Shown here: in pieces, positions 39,102 through 48,392 of the stretch
Layout: each line of letters begins with the position of its first letter
How positions within the stretch are numbered: the stretch's first letter is position 1
Assembly: GCA_965200245.1 (NCBI GenBank)
Contig: CBDATS010000004.1
Span: forward strand, 864,001 to 928,000
Length of the DNA: 64,000 nt
Origin: a bacterium
Lineage (GTDB): Bacteria > UBA8248
Reading direction: 5' to 3'
The notes under the pieces: model-generated
What the model was told of the DNA's origin: nothing
The model's input: only the letters and a program-made list of their open reading frames with translations
The model's database searches: none
Position numbers and translations under genes: made by a program

Positions 39102-40748
39102 ATGAAGCCTTTTCTTCTGGATCAGGAAAAAATCGAGGCCTATCTCGCCGACGGATATTGGACGCGCGAGACCATGGTGGAACGTTACGCTGCGTATGCG
39201 CACGATATACCAGAGAAAATCGCCTGCCGCGACGCACAAGAAGAAATCTCCTGGCGGGAACTGGATGAAATTACGGACCGTATCGCTGCAAACCTGATCG
39301 CACGGGGAATCGAGCGCGACGCCCGCGCCCTGGTACAGATGGCCTCATCGAACCGCGAGATGATCTTGCGCATCGCGCTCAGGAAAGCGGGCGTCATCGG
39401 ATGTTTTGCGCCCATGCAGTGGCGGCGCAGGGAACTCGGCTACGCCTTGCGGGAACTCACCCCGAGCGTTATCTTCACCTCGCCGGAATCGGGTGACGAC
39501 ATGTCGGCTGACTGGCTGGATGAAGCGATTGACGGAACTCCGCAAACACTCCTTGTCGAGCTTTCGGGAAAATCTGCAGCAGGCTGGCTGTCCTGGGCCG
39601 AATTGGCTGAATACCCACATGACGTTGGCGCAATCGAAGAGATCGCTTCCCGGCGTTTCCGCTTCGATGAAATTTCCCTCGTCACGGTATCGAGTGGATC
39701 GAGCGGACTCTCGAAACTGTGTGAATGGCCCGAGGGGGCGCAGATGTGTCTGGGCCGCGCCATCACGCGGCGATTGGCCCTGAGGGCGGAGGACAATATC
39801 GGCGTGTTCGCGCCGATGGCAGGGGGCGCGGGTCTTCTGGTCTGGGTGTCGTCGGGCGAGACACCCTGTACTTTCACCTTTCCCGACACATACAACGCGC
39901 GCGCCTTGCTGGCGCTCATCGAGAGTGCAAGAATCACGGTGGCGACGACGGTGCCCGTCATCCTGAATCGCCTAGCGCAGGAAGATCTGGGCTCTTTTGA
40001 CCTGCGTTCCCTGCGCGCCATACGAATCGGTACCGCTGCGGCGGATCTAAAAGCGGCGCGCCGCTTCGAGCATCTCACCGGCTGCCGCGTCGTGCTCGCC
40101 GCGGGCAGTATGGAAACCCCCGGCTTCGCGCACGCCGATGTGGACGATCCCGCCGCGCTCAGGCTCAATGGAAGCATCGGCCCCCCGCACCGGGGATGCC
40201 GCTGGCGAATCGAGGATGAGGACGGAAACGCGTTGCCTCAGGGAAGTATCGGCCATTTCAGGCTCTCGGCACCTTACGCTTCTTCGGGCTACTGGAAGAA
40301 CCCGGAAGCCACACGAGCGGTCTGGTCGGAAGGCTGGAACGCGACCGGCGACATCGCGACCATCGACGAGGACGGGCACTTGAGGTTGCTGGGTCGCAGC
40401 AGGGAAGTCATAAACCGCAGCGGTCAGAAAATACTGCCGAGCGAGGTCGAATATGAGATCGCAAGACACCCCGCCGTCTTCGAGTGCGCCGTGATAGCAG
40501 CGCCCGACCCTGAATACGGCGAGACACCCTGGGCATTCGTCCAGTTCCATGATGGCAGGAACCCTGACGCAGAAGGTCTGGCCGACGCGCTCAGGGCAAG
40601 CGGCCTCGCCACCTACAAGGTACCGACGCGTTTTATCGAACTGAGCGAATTCCCCCGCGTTGCGAGTGACAAAATCGACAAGAAAGCGCTGCTGCGAATG
40701 GCGTTGGCTCAACAGGAACCACGAAACCGGGACGAAGGGAGAATCTAG
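39102..40748 (+). CDS. AMP-dependent acyl-CoA ligase (ANL superfamily)
   Basis: YLADGYWT, SSGSSGLSK P-loop, GYWKNPEAT, TGDI, LGRSREVINRSG, PDPEYGE, YKVP, KIDK. Confidence 0.88.
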   Translation: MKPFLLDQEKIEAYLADGYWTRETMVERYAAYAHDIPEKIACRDAQEEISWRELDEITDRIAANLIARGIERDARALVQMASSNREMILRIALRKAGVIGCFAPMQWRRRELGYALRELTPSVIFTSPESGDDMSADWLDEAIDGTPQTLLVELSGKSAAGWLSWAELAEYPHDVGAIEEIASRRFRFDEISLVTVSSGSSGLSKLCEWPEGAQMCLGRAITRRLALRAEDNIGVFAPMAGGAGLLVWVSSGETPCTFTFPDTYNARALLALIESARITVATTVPVILNRLAQEDLGSFDLRSLRAIRIGTAAADLKAARRFEHLTGCRVVLAAGSMETPGFAHADVDDPAALRLNGSIGPPHRGCRWRIEDEDGNALPQGSIGHFRLSAPYASSGYWKNPEATRAVWSEGWNATGDIATIDEDGHLRLLGRSREVINRSGQKILPSEVEYEIARHPAVFECAVIAAPDPEYGETPWAFVQFHDGRNPDAEGLADALRASGLATYKVPTRFIELSEFPRVASDKIDKKALLRMALAQQEPRNRDEGRI

Positions 40749-40751
40749 ACC

Positions 40752-41549
40752 ATGGGACACGGCGAATATCTGCACGGCGCAAGTTTCGACGGCTTTACGG
40801 TCGAGATAGACACGGAACAACAGCGCGGCGACATCATTCTCGACCGCGGCGAGATGAACACGATCAGCATGGGCCAGCGCGAAGAGTTGCGCGCCGCCTT
40901 CGAGAGCCTCGACAGAGACGAGCGGGTACGCGTAATCGTGCTGCGCGCCTTGGGGTCCAATTTCTCATCGGGTGGATTCATTCGCGGCTTTATGGAGGCT
41001 TCGCCCGAGCACGTCTCGAACCTGGCCGACAACATCGCCGCACCCACGCGCTGTGCAAAGCCGACCATCGCTGCAAATCGCGGCTATTGTTTCGGTGTGG
41101 GCTTCGAAATCTCGCTCGCATGCGATTTCCGGATTACGTCGGAGACAACCCTCTATGCCCTGCCCGAACAGCGCCTGGGGCAGATACCGGGTTCGGGCGG
41201 GTCGGCGCGCCTGCAGAAGATGATCGGCATTGCGCGGACGAAACACATCGTCATGCGCTCGAAGCGCATTACCGGCAAACAGGCCTATGAATGGGGTATT
41301 GTCACCGAGGTCGTGCCGGACGGGGAACTGGAACAGGCTACCGATGCCCTCGTGGCGGAACTTTGTCAATTTGCTCCGCTCGCGCAACGCACAGCCAAGC
41401 GCCTGCTCAACGAGACTGAAGACACCTTCCTGTCCTTGGGGATACAACTCGAGGGGCATTGCTACTCGCGGCTTCGCCAGTCGGATGATTTCAAAGAGGG
41501 CGTGGAAGCTTTTCACGAAAAACGAAAACCCGATTTCAAGGGCAGTTAA
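40752..41549 (+). CDS. hmfE: Crotonase-fold hydrolase resembling 2-oxoglutaroyl-CoA hydrolase HmfE of furoate catabolism
   Basis: DGFTVEID, GFMEASPEHVS, AANRGYCFGVGFE, YALPEQRLGQIPGSGGSARLQK, LEGHCYSRLRQSDDF match my recollection of HmfE. Confidence 0.72.
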   Translation: MGHGEYLHGASFDGFTVEIDTEQQRGDIILDRGEMNTISMGQREELRAAFESLDRDERVRVIVLRALGSNFSSGGFIRGFMEASPEHVSNLADNIAAPTRCAKPTIAANRGYCFGVGFEISLACDFRITSETTLYALPEQRLGQIPGSGGSARLQKMIGIARTKHIVMRSKRITGKQAYEWGIVTEVVPDGELEQATDALVAELCQFAPLAQRTAKRLLNETEDTFLSLGIQLEGHCYSRLRQSDDFKEGVEAFHEKRKPDFKGS

Positions 41550-41749
41550 GTCAGGAGACGCACGGCAATTCAGTTGCCCCCCTCGTTTCTTTTTACGCCG
41601 GGTTCCCCTTCCGGGCGCTGTTTCATACTGCGTCGGATTTTTGTGTTATACTCACTTTACATCTCGCACATGAAATTTCCTTTACGGGCGCCATCCCGAA
41701 AGACGGTTGGCCCACAGGGTTTTCTCAAGACCGATGGGGGGAGATATTC

Positions 41750-42220
41750 ATGATAGGTCCCATGCACCATTCCAGCAGAACGGTTTCAGACATCGAAAGG
41801 TCCGTCGATTTCTACCGCGACATCCTGGGTTTTGAAGTGGTGGAAGATATTTCCTCCAAAGAGGAAGGAATCCAATACGCCTCGACCACACCCGGAAGTC
41901 ATCTTCGGATTGTCATGCTTCAGGCGGGAGGCGCGGTCGTGGAACTCATCCAGTTCCTGGAGGAAGAGGGAAAGCCCTACGACAACCCGCCGGCGCTGAA
42001 CGACGTGGGCAGCAGCCACATCGCTTTCGAACCCGAAGACATGGATGCCGCCTATGAGGAGTTGGTGGCCAGGGGCGTGAGGTTCGCCACACCTCCTCAA
42101 GTGACGTGGCGCGGTGACGGGCGTTACTGGCGAGCCGCCATTTTCTACGATCCGGACGGCTTCGATCTCGCCCTGTTCAAAATGTATGAGGGTGAACTCG
42201 CCGAGGCAGTCTCCGGCTGA
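41750..42220 (+). CDS. VOC/glyoxalase family protein
   Basis: HHSSRTVSDIERSVDFYRDILG, VELIQF, HIAF, YDPDG. Confidence 0.88.
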   Translation: MIGPMHHSSRTVSDIERSVDFYRDILGFEVVEDISSKEEGIQYASTTPGSHLRIVMLQAGGAVVELIQFLEEEGKPYDNPPALNDVGSSHIAFEPEDMDAAYEELVARGVRFATPPQVTWRGDGRYWRAAIFYDPDGFDLALFKMYEGELAEAVSG

Positions 42221-42249
42221 GTTCGTAACTTCATGGAGGAAACGACGTC

Positions 42250-43023
42250 ATGATGCTAAGCAACCTGACCTGGATGGAAGTGCGCGACTTGATTCCCGAG
42301 AACCCGGTCATCATCCAGCCCGTGGGCTCGACCGAGCAGCACGGCCCGCATCTGCCGCTTCAGGTGGACATATCGAGCGCGTTCGAAGTCGCGAAGGCCG
42401 TCGGCGACCGGACAGGCTGCCTCGTCGCCCCACCGCTTCCCTACGGCTATTCGGAGGTGTGGGAGAATTTCCCCGGCACCATCAGCTTCACGGCCGATAC
42501 CTTCATGACCTGCGTCGGCGAAATCACCGAAAGCCTTGTGCGAAACGGTTTCAGGAAAATTTTCTTCCTGAATGGCCACAACCCGAACCTGCCACTGCTG
42601 CAAACCATGATGTTCAGGCTCATGGATCGCTACGGGAGAAATGGAGACATCCTCATAGTAGCCGGGAGCTATTTCATGGTGGACAAGGAAACGTGTGACA
42701 AAATTGGCGACAATTTCCGCGAGGGCACCCACGCGAACGAGTTCGAGACGTCCTTCATGATGCATATCCGCCCGGGCATGGTGCACGTGGACAAGTTGGG
42801 AGACTGGGAATACAAACCCGAACTGGTGCTCTCCTATCAGCACGGAGTGACATCGGTCGTGCGTCTACCGGACAGCCGGGTTCACAACGGCGTATACGGG
42901 GATCCGCGCCGGGCTACACCGGAAAAGGGCCGCCAGTACTTCGAAGCCTGCGTGAACAAGGTGGTCGAGATTGTGGAGAACTTCAACCCGGATTACTTCG
43001 GGATACAGGAAGTCTATAAGTAG
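42250..43023 (+). CDS. Creatininase (creatinine amidohydrolase)/MftE family protein
   Basis: LTWMEV, PVGSTEQHGPHLP, FPGTIS, LNGH, HANEFETS, GVYGDP, ATPEKG. Confidence 0.9.
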   Translation: MMLSNLTWMEVRDLIPENPVIIQPVGSTEQHGPHLPLQVDISSAFEVAKAVGDRTGCLVAPPLPYGYSEVWENFPGTISFTADTFMTCVGEITESLVRNGFRKIFFLNGHNPNLPLLQTMMFRLMDRYGRNGDILIVAGSYFMVDKETCDKIGDNFREGTHANEFETSFMMHIRPGMVHVDKLGDWEYKPELVLSYQHGVTSVVRLPDSRVHNGVYGDPRRATPEKGRQYFEACVNKVVEIVENFNPDYFGIQEVYK

Positions 43024-43065
43024 ACTCAAGGTGAGTCGCAGCAGTCCGCATTACCCGTTGCGGGC

Positions 43066-44154
43066 TTAAATGGCGAGTCCGGAGTCTGCGTCGAAGAAAA
43101 AGAGATTGTCCTCGCGCATCACCACCCGGGCTTCGTCTCCCATGTCGACCCTGAGGGCGGAGGGTGTTCTCGCCATGATCGACACATCCTCGAAAGCGAG
43201 TTCTAGTACCTGATCCGCCCCGTAAGGTTCCAGGAGCAATACCTTGCTCAGGTAGCCGCCTCCGTTATCTTCGGAACCTTTCACGATGACGTCCTCGGGG
43301 CGAATACCCAAAATCACCTTGTCCCTGTTCTTTTCTTCCAGGCGCTTGCGTTGACCGGCAGGTGGTTCCACGGCGAAACTGCCGTAGCGGAAGCGAAGTC
43401 TTCCGTTTTCCCGTTCCAGTGAACCCGGGATGAGGTTCATCGGTGGCGTTCCCACGAACTGCGCCACAAAGGTGTTGGCAGGCTCGTGATAGACGGCGTA
43501 GGGAGAGGCATATTGCTGGAGCACGCCGTCTTTCAGGAGCGCTATCTCGTCCGCCATGTTCAGCGCCTCCACCTGATCATGGGTCACGTAGATCATGGTG
43601 GTTTTCAGGCGGCGGTGAAGCTTTTTGAGTTCCGCGCGCATTTCGACCCTGAGCGCGGCGTCCAGATTCGAGAGCGGTTCGTCCATAAGAAACGCCCAGG
43701 GCTCCCGGACAATCGCCCGGCCAAGCGCCACTCTCTGGCGCTGGCCACCGGAGAGTTCGCGAGGTCTGCGGGCCAGAAGATCCTCGATGTTCAGTGCCTC
43801 GGCCGCCCAGCGAACCTTTTCCTCGATTTCCGCCCTGGACATCTTCATCATTCGCAAGGGAAAAGCCAGATTGTCCCGCACACGGAGATGGGGGTAGAGG
43901 GCGTAGCTCTGAAATACCATGGCCATGTTGCGGCGATGTGCAGGAATGTGGCGCACATCCAGCCCGTCGATGAGAATCGCGCCCTCGGTAGGTTCCAGCA
44001 GGCCCGCGACCACATTCAGGATCGTGGTTTTCCCGCACCCGGAAGGACCCAGGAGAACGACAAACCTGCCGTCTTCGATTCCGAGATTCACGTTGTCTAC
44101 AGCTACCACCTCGCCGTAGTTTTTGGTCAGGTTCTCCAGTACGACTTTCGCCAT
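43066..44154 (-). CDS. CUT1 ABC transporter ATP-binding protein (MalK/UgpC-like)
   Basis: GPSGCGKTT, FQSYALYPH, LSGGQRQRVALGR, DEPLSNLDA, TOBE-like tail. Confidence 0.94.
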   Translation of the reverse strand: MAKVVLENLTKNYGEVVAVDNVNLGIEDGRFVVLLGPSGCGKTTILNVVAGLLEPTEGAILIDGLDVRHIPAHRRNMAMVFQSYALYPHLRVRDNLAFPLRMMKMSRAEIEEKVRWAAEALNIEDLLARRPRELSGGQRQRVALGRAIVREPWAFLMDEPLSNLDAALRVEMRAELKKLHRRLKTTMIYVTHDQVEALNMADEIALLKDGVLQQYASPYAVYHEPANTFVAQFVGTPPMNLIPGSLERENGRLRFRYGSFAVEPPAGQRKRLEEKNRDKVILGIRPEDVIVKGSEDNGGGYLSKVLLLEPYGADQVLELAFEDVSIMARTPSALRVDMGDEARVVMREDNLFFFDADSGLAI

Positions 44155-44178
44155 TCTCGACTGCTCCTATGAAACCGG

Positions 44179-45117
44179 CTAACCCTTCACTGCTCCCGCC
44201 GTCAGGCCGCGCACGAAGTAGCGCTGGAATATGAGGGCCAGGGCGACGGGAATGACGACGCAGGCTACGCCCGCTGCATTCATCCGTGCGTAGCTCACAG
44301 AGAACTCCGAGACGAAATCGAGAAGCGTCACCGTAATCGGCCGGGTATTCATCGTCTGTGTCAGGACAAGCGGGAAGAGAAACTCGTTCCAGCTCGTGAG
44401 GAACACGAACACCCCGGCAGTGACGATGGCCGGCGCCGAAAGCGGCAGAATCACTCGCCAGAGAGTCTGGAAGCGATTGCAGCCGTCCACGCGCGCGGCG
44501 CTTTCGATCTCCTGGGGGACAGTCTCGAAATAGGCGACCAGTACGAAGATCGCAAGAGGCAGGGAAATCGGAATATAGGCCACGATGAGTCCCATGTAGG
44601 TATCAAGTATACCGAGCCCCCGGATCATCAGGTAGAACGGGACGATTAGAGACACTTCGGGCACGATTCTGGAAGCCAGTACGACGTAGAAAAGGGACTG
44701 CTTTCCCGCAAAGCGAAGTCGTGCGAAACCGTATGCCGCCAGACATCCCAATATGACGTTGATAATGGTGACGCTCAAGGCCACGACGAAGCTGTTCCAC
44801 ATCGAGGGCAACACATCTGCCGTTGGGAACGTGGAGTATCCGGCCATCTTCTTGTCGAACGCAACACTCGTGTCGGCGGGCTTTCTGAGGATGATCTCTT
44901 CATAGTTTCCGATGTTGAGTTGTGGTGGCACCCAATTGGGTGGAACCGACACCACGTCCTTTTCGAACTGGAGACTTGAATTGAGCATCCAGTAGAAAGG
45001 TGAAATCGCGTAGAAAAGCATGGCGGCGACGATCAGGTAGAGTGCAATTCGCCCCATGAAGGCGGCACGGCGGTATCTCTGCACTGCCTGAATGTCGGGA
45101 ACGCTCGGGGCAGCCAT
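44179..45117 (-). CDS. CUT1 ABC transporter permease (MalG-like)
   Basis: AAYGFARLRF, EIESAARVDG EAA loop, SWNEFLF, FVRGLTAGAVKG; start at MAAPS. Confidence 0.92.
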   Translation of the reverse strand: MAAPSVPDIQAVQRYRRAAFMGRIALYLIVAAMLFYAISPFYWMLNSSLQFEKDVVSVPPNWVPPQLNIGNYEEIILRKPADTSVAFDKKMAGYSTFPTADVLPSMWNSFVVALSVTIINVILGCLAAYGFARLRFAGKQSLFYVVLASRIVPEVSLIVPFYLMIRGLGILDTYMGLIVAYIPISLPLAIFVLVAYFETVPQEIESAARVDGCNRFQTLWRVILPLSAPAIVTAGVFVFLTSWNEFLFPLVLTQTMNTRPITVTLLDFVSEFSVSYARMNAAGVACVVIPVALALIFQRYFVRGLTAGAVKG

Positions 45118-45119
45118 GC

Positions 45120-46073
45120 TCAACCCTCCTGCGGCCTGTAGAGAATCTTGATGTAGCCGATCGCCAGGATGAAGGTGGCGATGGCGATAACGTAGGAAAT
45201 CGCCGCGCCAGAACCGAATTGCAGGTTCCGGAATGTCTCCACGTATGTGTACCAGGAGACGAGCGCTGTCGCGTCGCCGGGACCTCCCTCCGTCAGGATG
45301 TAGACCAGGTCGAAGGTCTTGATGGATATGATCGAGGTGTATACCAGAACGAGCAGGAAAGCCAGCTTGAGCGCAGGCAGGGTGATGTGCCAGAACCGCC
45401 TCGAAGCACCCGCCTGATCGATCTTGGCCGCGCTGTAAAGGTCCTCGGGAATGGCCTGGAGCGCCGTCAGGAACAATACGGTCGCCAGGGGCACTTCCTT
45501 CCACACGAAAGCGTTCACCAGGGTGTAGAGCGCGCGGTTGGGGTTGCTGAGCCACGTCTGGTACTTGTCGATAATGCCAAGGGAAACCAGAAGCCCGTTC
45601 AGCACCCCGTAGTCGGAGTGGTAGATCCATTCCCAGATCAAGCCGTTTGCCACGTAGGGTACCGCCCAGGGCACGAGGATGAGCGGCACCGCCCACTTTC
45701 GGACTCCTGGTCCCAGTTCATTGAGTGCCAGGGAGAAGATGAGGCCGAGTATGGCCACGGCGACCACCGACACCACGACAAAGATGATCGTATTCACGAG
45801 CGCGTTGTAGAAATCCTCGCTCTCCAGGAACATGACATAATTCTCGAAACCAACGAAGGGGTTTCTGTGAGGTCTCTTCAGGTTATAGACGTGGACGCTG
45901 ACGTAGAACGAATGCAGGATGGGATAGATGTTGAGCAATACCATGAGCAACAGCGCAGGTCCCACGAAAAACGCCGCTATCCCGCCTTCTGTTTGCATGC
46001 GACGGACGAACCAGCCTTTGAGGCCCGTTGCTACGGCGGGTTCTGCTCTGTCGACGGACAGGATATTCGCCAA
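45120..46073 (-). CDS. CUT1 ABC transporter permease (MalF-like)
   Basis: FVGFENY, LQAIPEDLYSAAKID, RFWHITLP, TEGGPG; TTG start preceded by GGAG. Confidence 0.9.
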   Translation of the reverse strand: MANILSVDRAEPAVATGLKGWFVRRMQTEGGIAAFFVGPALLLMVLLNIYPILHSFYVSVHVYNLKRPHRNPFVGFENYVMFLESEDFYNALVNTIIFVVVSVVAVAILGLIFSLALNELGPGVRKWAVPLILVPWAVPYVANGLIWEWIYHSDYGVLNGLLVSLGIIDKYQTWLSNPNRALYTLVNAFVWKEVPLATVLFLTALQAIPEDLYSAAKIDQAGASRRFWHITLPALKLAFLLVLVYTSIISIKTFDLVYILTEGGPGDATALVSWYTYVETFRNLQFGSGAAISYVIAIATFILAIGYIKILYRPQEG

Positions 46074-46133
46074 GGAAAGTCTCCTTCCCGCCTCCCCCGG
46101 CAGCACATCGCCGGGGGAGGCGACCACCTGTAA

Positions 46134-47471
46134 TTAACCGTAGCGCTTCTTCAGCCTGTTCCACTGCTTGGTCAGGGTCTTGAGCGTACCAACGATGTCG
46201 GCCTGGCCCAGGATCGCCTTGTGAACACGCGGGCGCATGAACTGATCCCACTCCGCGTACCAGACAGCCTTTTGTCCGTCCTTGGGTTTGCTGAGCGCCA
46301 TCTGGCTCTCGAAGAGCTTCGCCTCGCCCCACTTGTTCGCGGCCGAGATGATGTCGGGATCCTTGAACAGCGGTGCGTGGCCGAAGCCCAGACCGAACTC
46401 GGTGAACCACTTCTTCGCCGTGCGGTAGGTGCCCGATTTATCCTTGCCGCCCAGGAAGTCGACCATCTTCCAGGACATCGCCTTGCGCGCGGGGTCTTTC
46501 GCGGCCTAGGCAGTCATGCTGTAGGCCCTCGTCCAGCCGCACACGTTGGGTTTCGAGTTGTTCGCGGTTGGGATGAGGGCCATCTTGATCTTGCCGGCCA
46601 CTTTCGAGGATTTGGGCTCGTTCGCCGCTCGAAGACGGTAGTTCGGCAGGATGGCGAAGCTGCCCGTGCCACTGCTGAAAGCCTTGAGCGCGGCGACCTC
46701 GTTGAGTTCCAGGAAGCCCGGCTGCGTGATCTTGTGCTTTTTGGCAGCGTCGATGATCCACTGTATGGTCTGCGCCGCGGGGGAGCCTTCCTTGTCGTAA
46801 TTCATGACGTTGTATTTCTCGTCGACGAACCTTCCTCCCCGGCTGTACATCATGGTGAAGAGCATCTCGCCCATCCAGAAGTCGGCCTTCAGGAACTGAA
46901 GGAAGGGATACTCCTGAATTCCCTTGCTCTTGATTTGGAGGCTTTGCTGAACCACTTCGTCCCAGGTCTTCGGAGGTGCGCCGATGCCCGCTTTCTCCAG
47001 GTGTTCCTCGTTGTAAAGGAACGCCATATGGCCCACGTAGTAGGGCAAACCGTAGAGTTTGCCATTGTAAGTGAGCGCGTCTGCGGTCGGACCGATAAAC
47101 TCCTTGCGGTATTCGTCTACGCGCGGAAATTCATCGATGGGATACAGCCAGCCCGCTTCGACAAACTCGGCGAGATGGCCGTCGATCATGTAGATGACAT
47201 CCAGAGGCGTTTTGCCGGTGAACTTGACCACCAGCGTATCGTGGTACTTGCTGCCCGGCGTGTTGCCATAGTTGATCTTGACCTTGGCGAGCTTCTCGAA
47301 TTCGGTGATACACTGCTTCACGAAGCTAATGCCGTAGGTCCAACTGTAGAAATTGAGCGTTTTCACCATCGCCGCCGAGGGCGTCGCCCGCGAGACGGGC
47401 AAGGCCAAGGCAGCCGTTCCAAGTGCGGCATTGCGAAGGAGTTTCCGACGACTCAGTCCGATTTCTTTCAT
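46134..47471 (-). pseudogene. CUT1 ABC substrate-binding protein (Tat signal) interrupted by an in-frame TAG at 46506-46508
   Basis: SRRKLL Tat motif, YNGKLYGLP, PKTWDE; frame continues SMTA*AAKDPARKAMSWKMVDFL to the stop at 46134. Confidence 0.8.
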
Positions 47472-47815
47472 GCTCAACCCTCCATCGTCACCCAGGAGAA
47501 CTTTGCTCCCCCATGGCATGGGCGACTGCCATCGGGGCAGAACCAGGCCACAATACAGCCGAGAAACCCTGCACCGGGCCTCTCGACTCACTCGGATTCA
47601 GACGAAGAGACAGGATACGTTTCTAACGACAGGAGGCGAAGCGGGACACCAAAGCCCTAGAGGCAACGATACCACCGGTTCGCGTTTCCCACTCTCCGGC
47701 GTTCGAAAAATCCTCAATCAACTTCTATAAATTCAAAAAGTATACGAAAAACGCTAGCAGGATTTCCCCGCACTGTCAATTGGAACACAACGTCAGGGTA
47801 CGTCGAGCACACCGC

Positions 47816-48208
47816 CTAGCTGCGCGAGACGAGTTCGATGCTGATGTCGTCCGGCCCTCTGATGAAGGCGATTTTCGTGCCCGGGCCGATCTCCCATGGA
47901 GCACAAATGAAGTCAGCACCCTTCGCGCGCAGGTCGCTCTCGGCCTTGTCCATGTCGTCGACGATGAGGCCGAAATGGTCCAGTCCGTAGCGCGGGTCGC
48001 TCGTCGTGCGCACGGGATTTTCACCCTCCGCCCGGCCCGAGACGAGAAAGCACATGCCATTCAAATCGAAGCTGAAAATCGGAGAACCACCCAGGTCCCC
48101 CTCGTCCACCACCTTCGCGCCGAACATCTCCTCCCAGAAATTTCTCGTGGCGTGAGGGTCTTCACTTCGAAAGTGCAAATGATCGTATCCGTAGGTGGGC
48201 ATGGACAT
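47816..48208 (-). CDS. VOC/glyoxalase family protein
   Basis: YDHLHFRSED, GLDHFGL, AFIRGPDDISIEL. Confidence 0.85.
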   Translation of the reverse strand: MSMPTYGYDHLHFRSEDPHATRNFWEEMFGAKVVDEGDLGGSPIFSFDLNGMCFLVSGRAEGENPVRTTSDPRYGLDHFGLIVDDMDKAESDLRAKGADFICAPWEIGPGTKIAFIRGPDDISIELVSRS

Positions 48209-48294
48209 CTTTTCCCCTCCAGAAAGGTGAACCGAAAACGAGGGCGTCCCCATCCTCTCATCTGTCCGGCCACAAATGCGCGGGTATCCTGTAA

Positions 48295-48325
48295 ATTATA
48301 GAGGCGTCACCAGAGGAATTGTCAA
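48295..48325 (-). promoter_or_regulatory. Putative promoter with consensus hexamers and a 19-bp spacer
   Basis: TTGACA-N19-TATAAT on the minus strand, upstream of the VOC gene and the ABC operon. Confidence 0.55.
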
Positions 48326-48392
48326 GAAGGGCAATTTTCAGACGGGGTAAATCAGGAGATCAAGGTATGGCACGAATGACATACCACTCTCC

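Noticed and set aside
20628-46508. Amber recoding or pyrrolysine as the cause of the two in-frame TAG codons
   Set aside because: TAG is the true stop of many intact genes here (tctC, tctA, MetE-like, hsp20, ureC), and no pyl genes or suppressor tRNA are in the window.
47480-47780. Riboswitch in the leader of the ABC binding protein
   Set aside because: One hairpin (about 47503-47542) is visible, but no conserved aptamer motif that I recognise.
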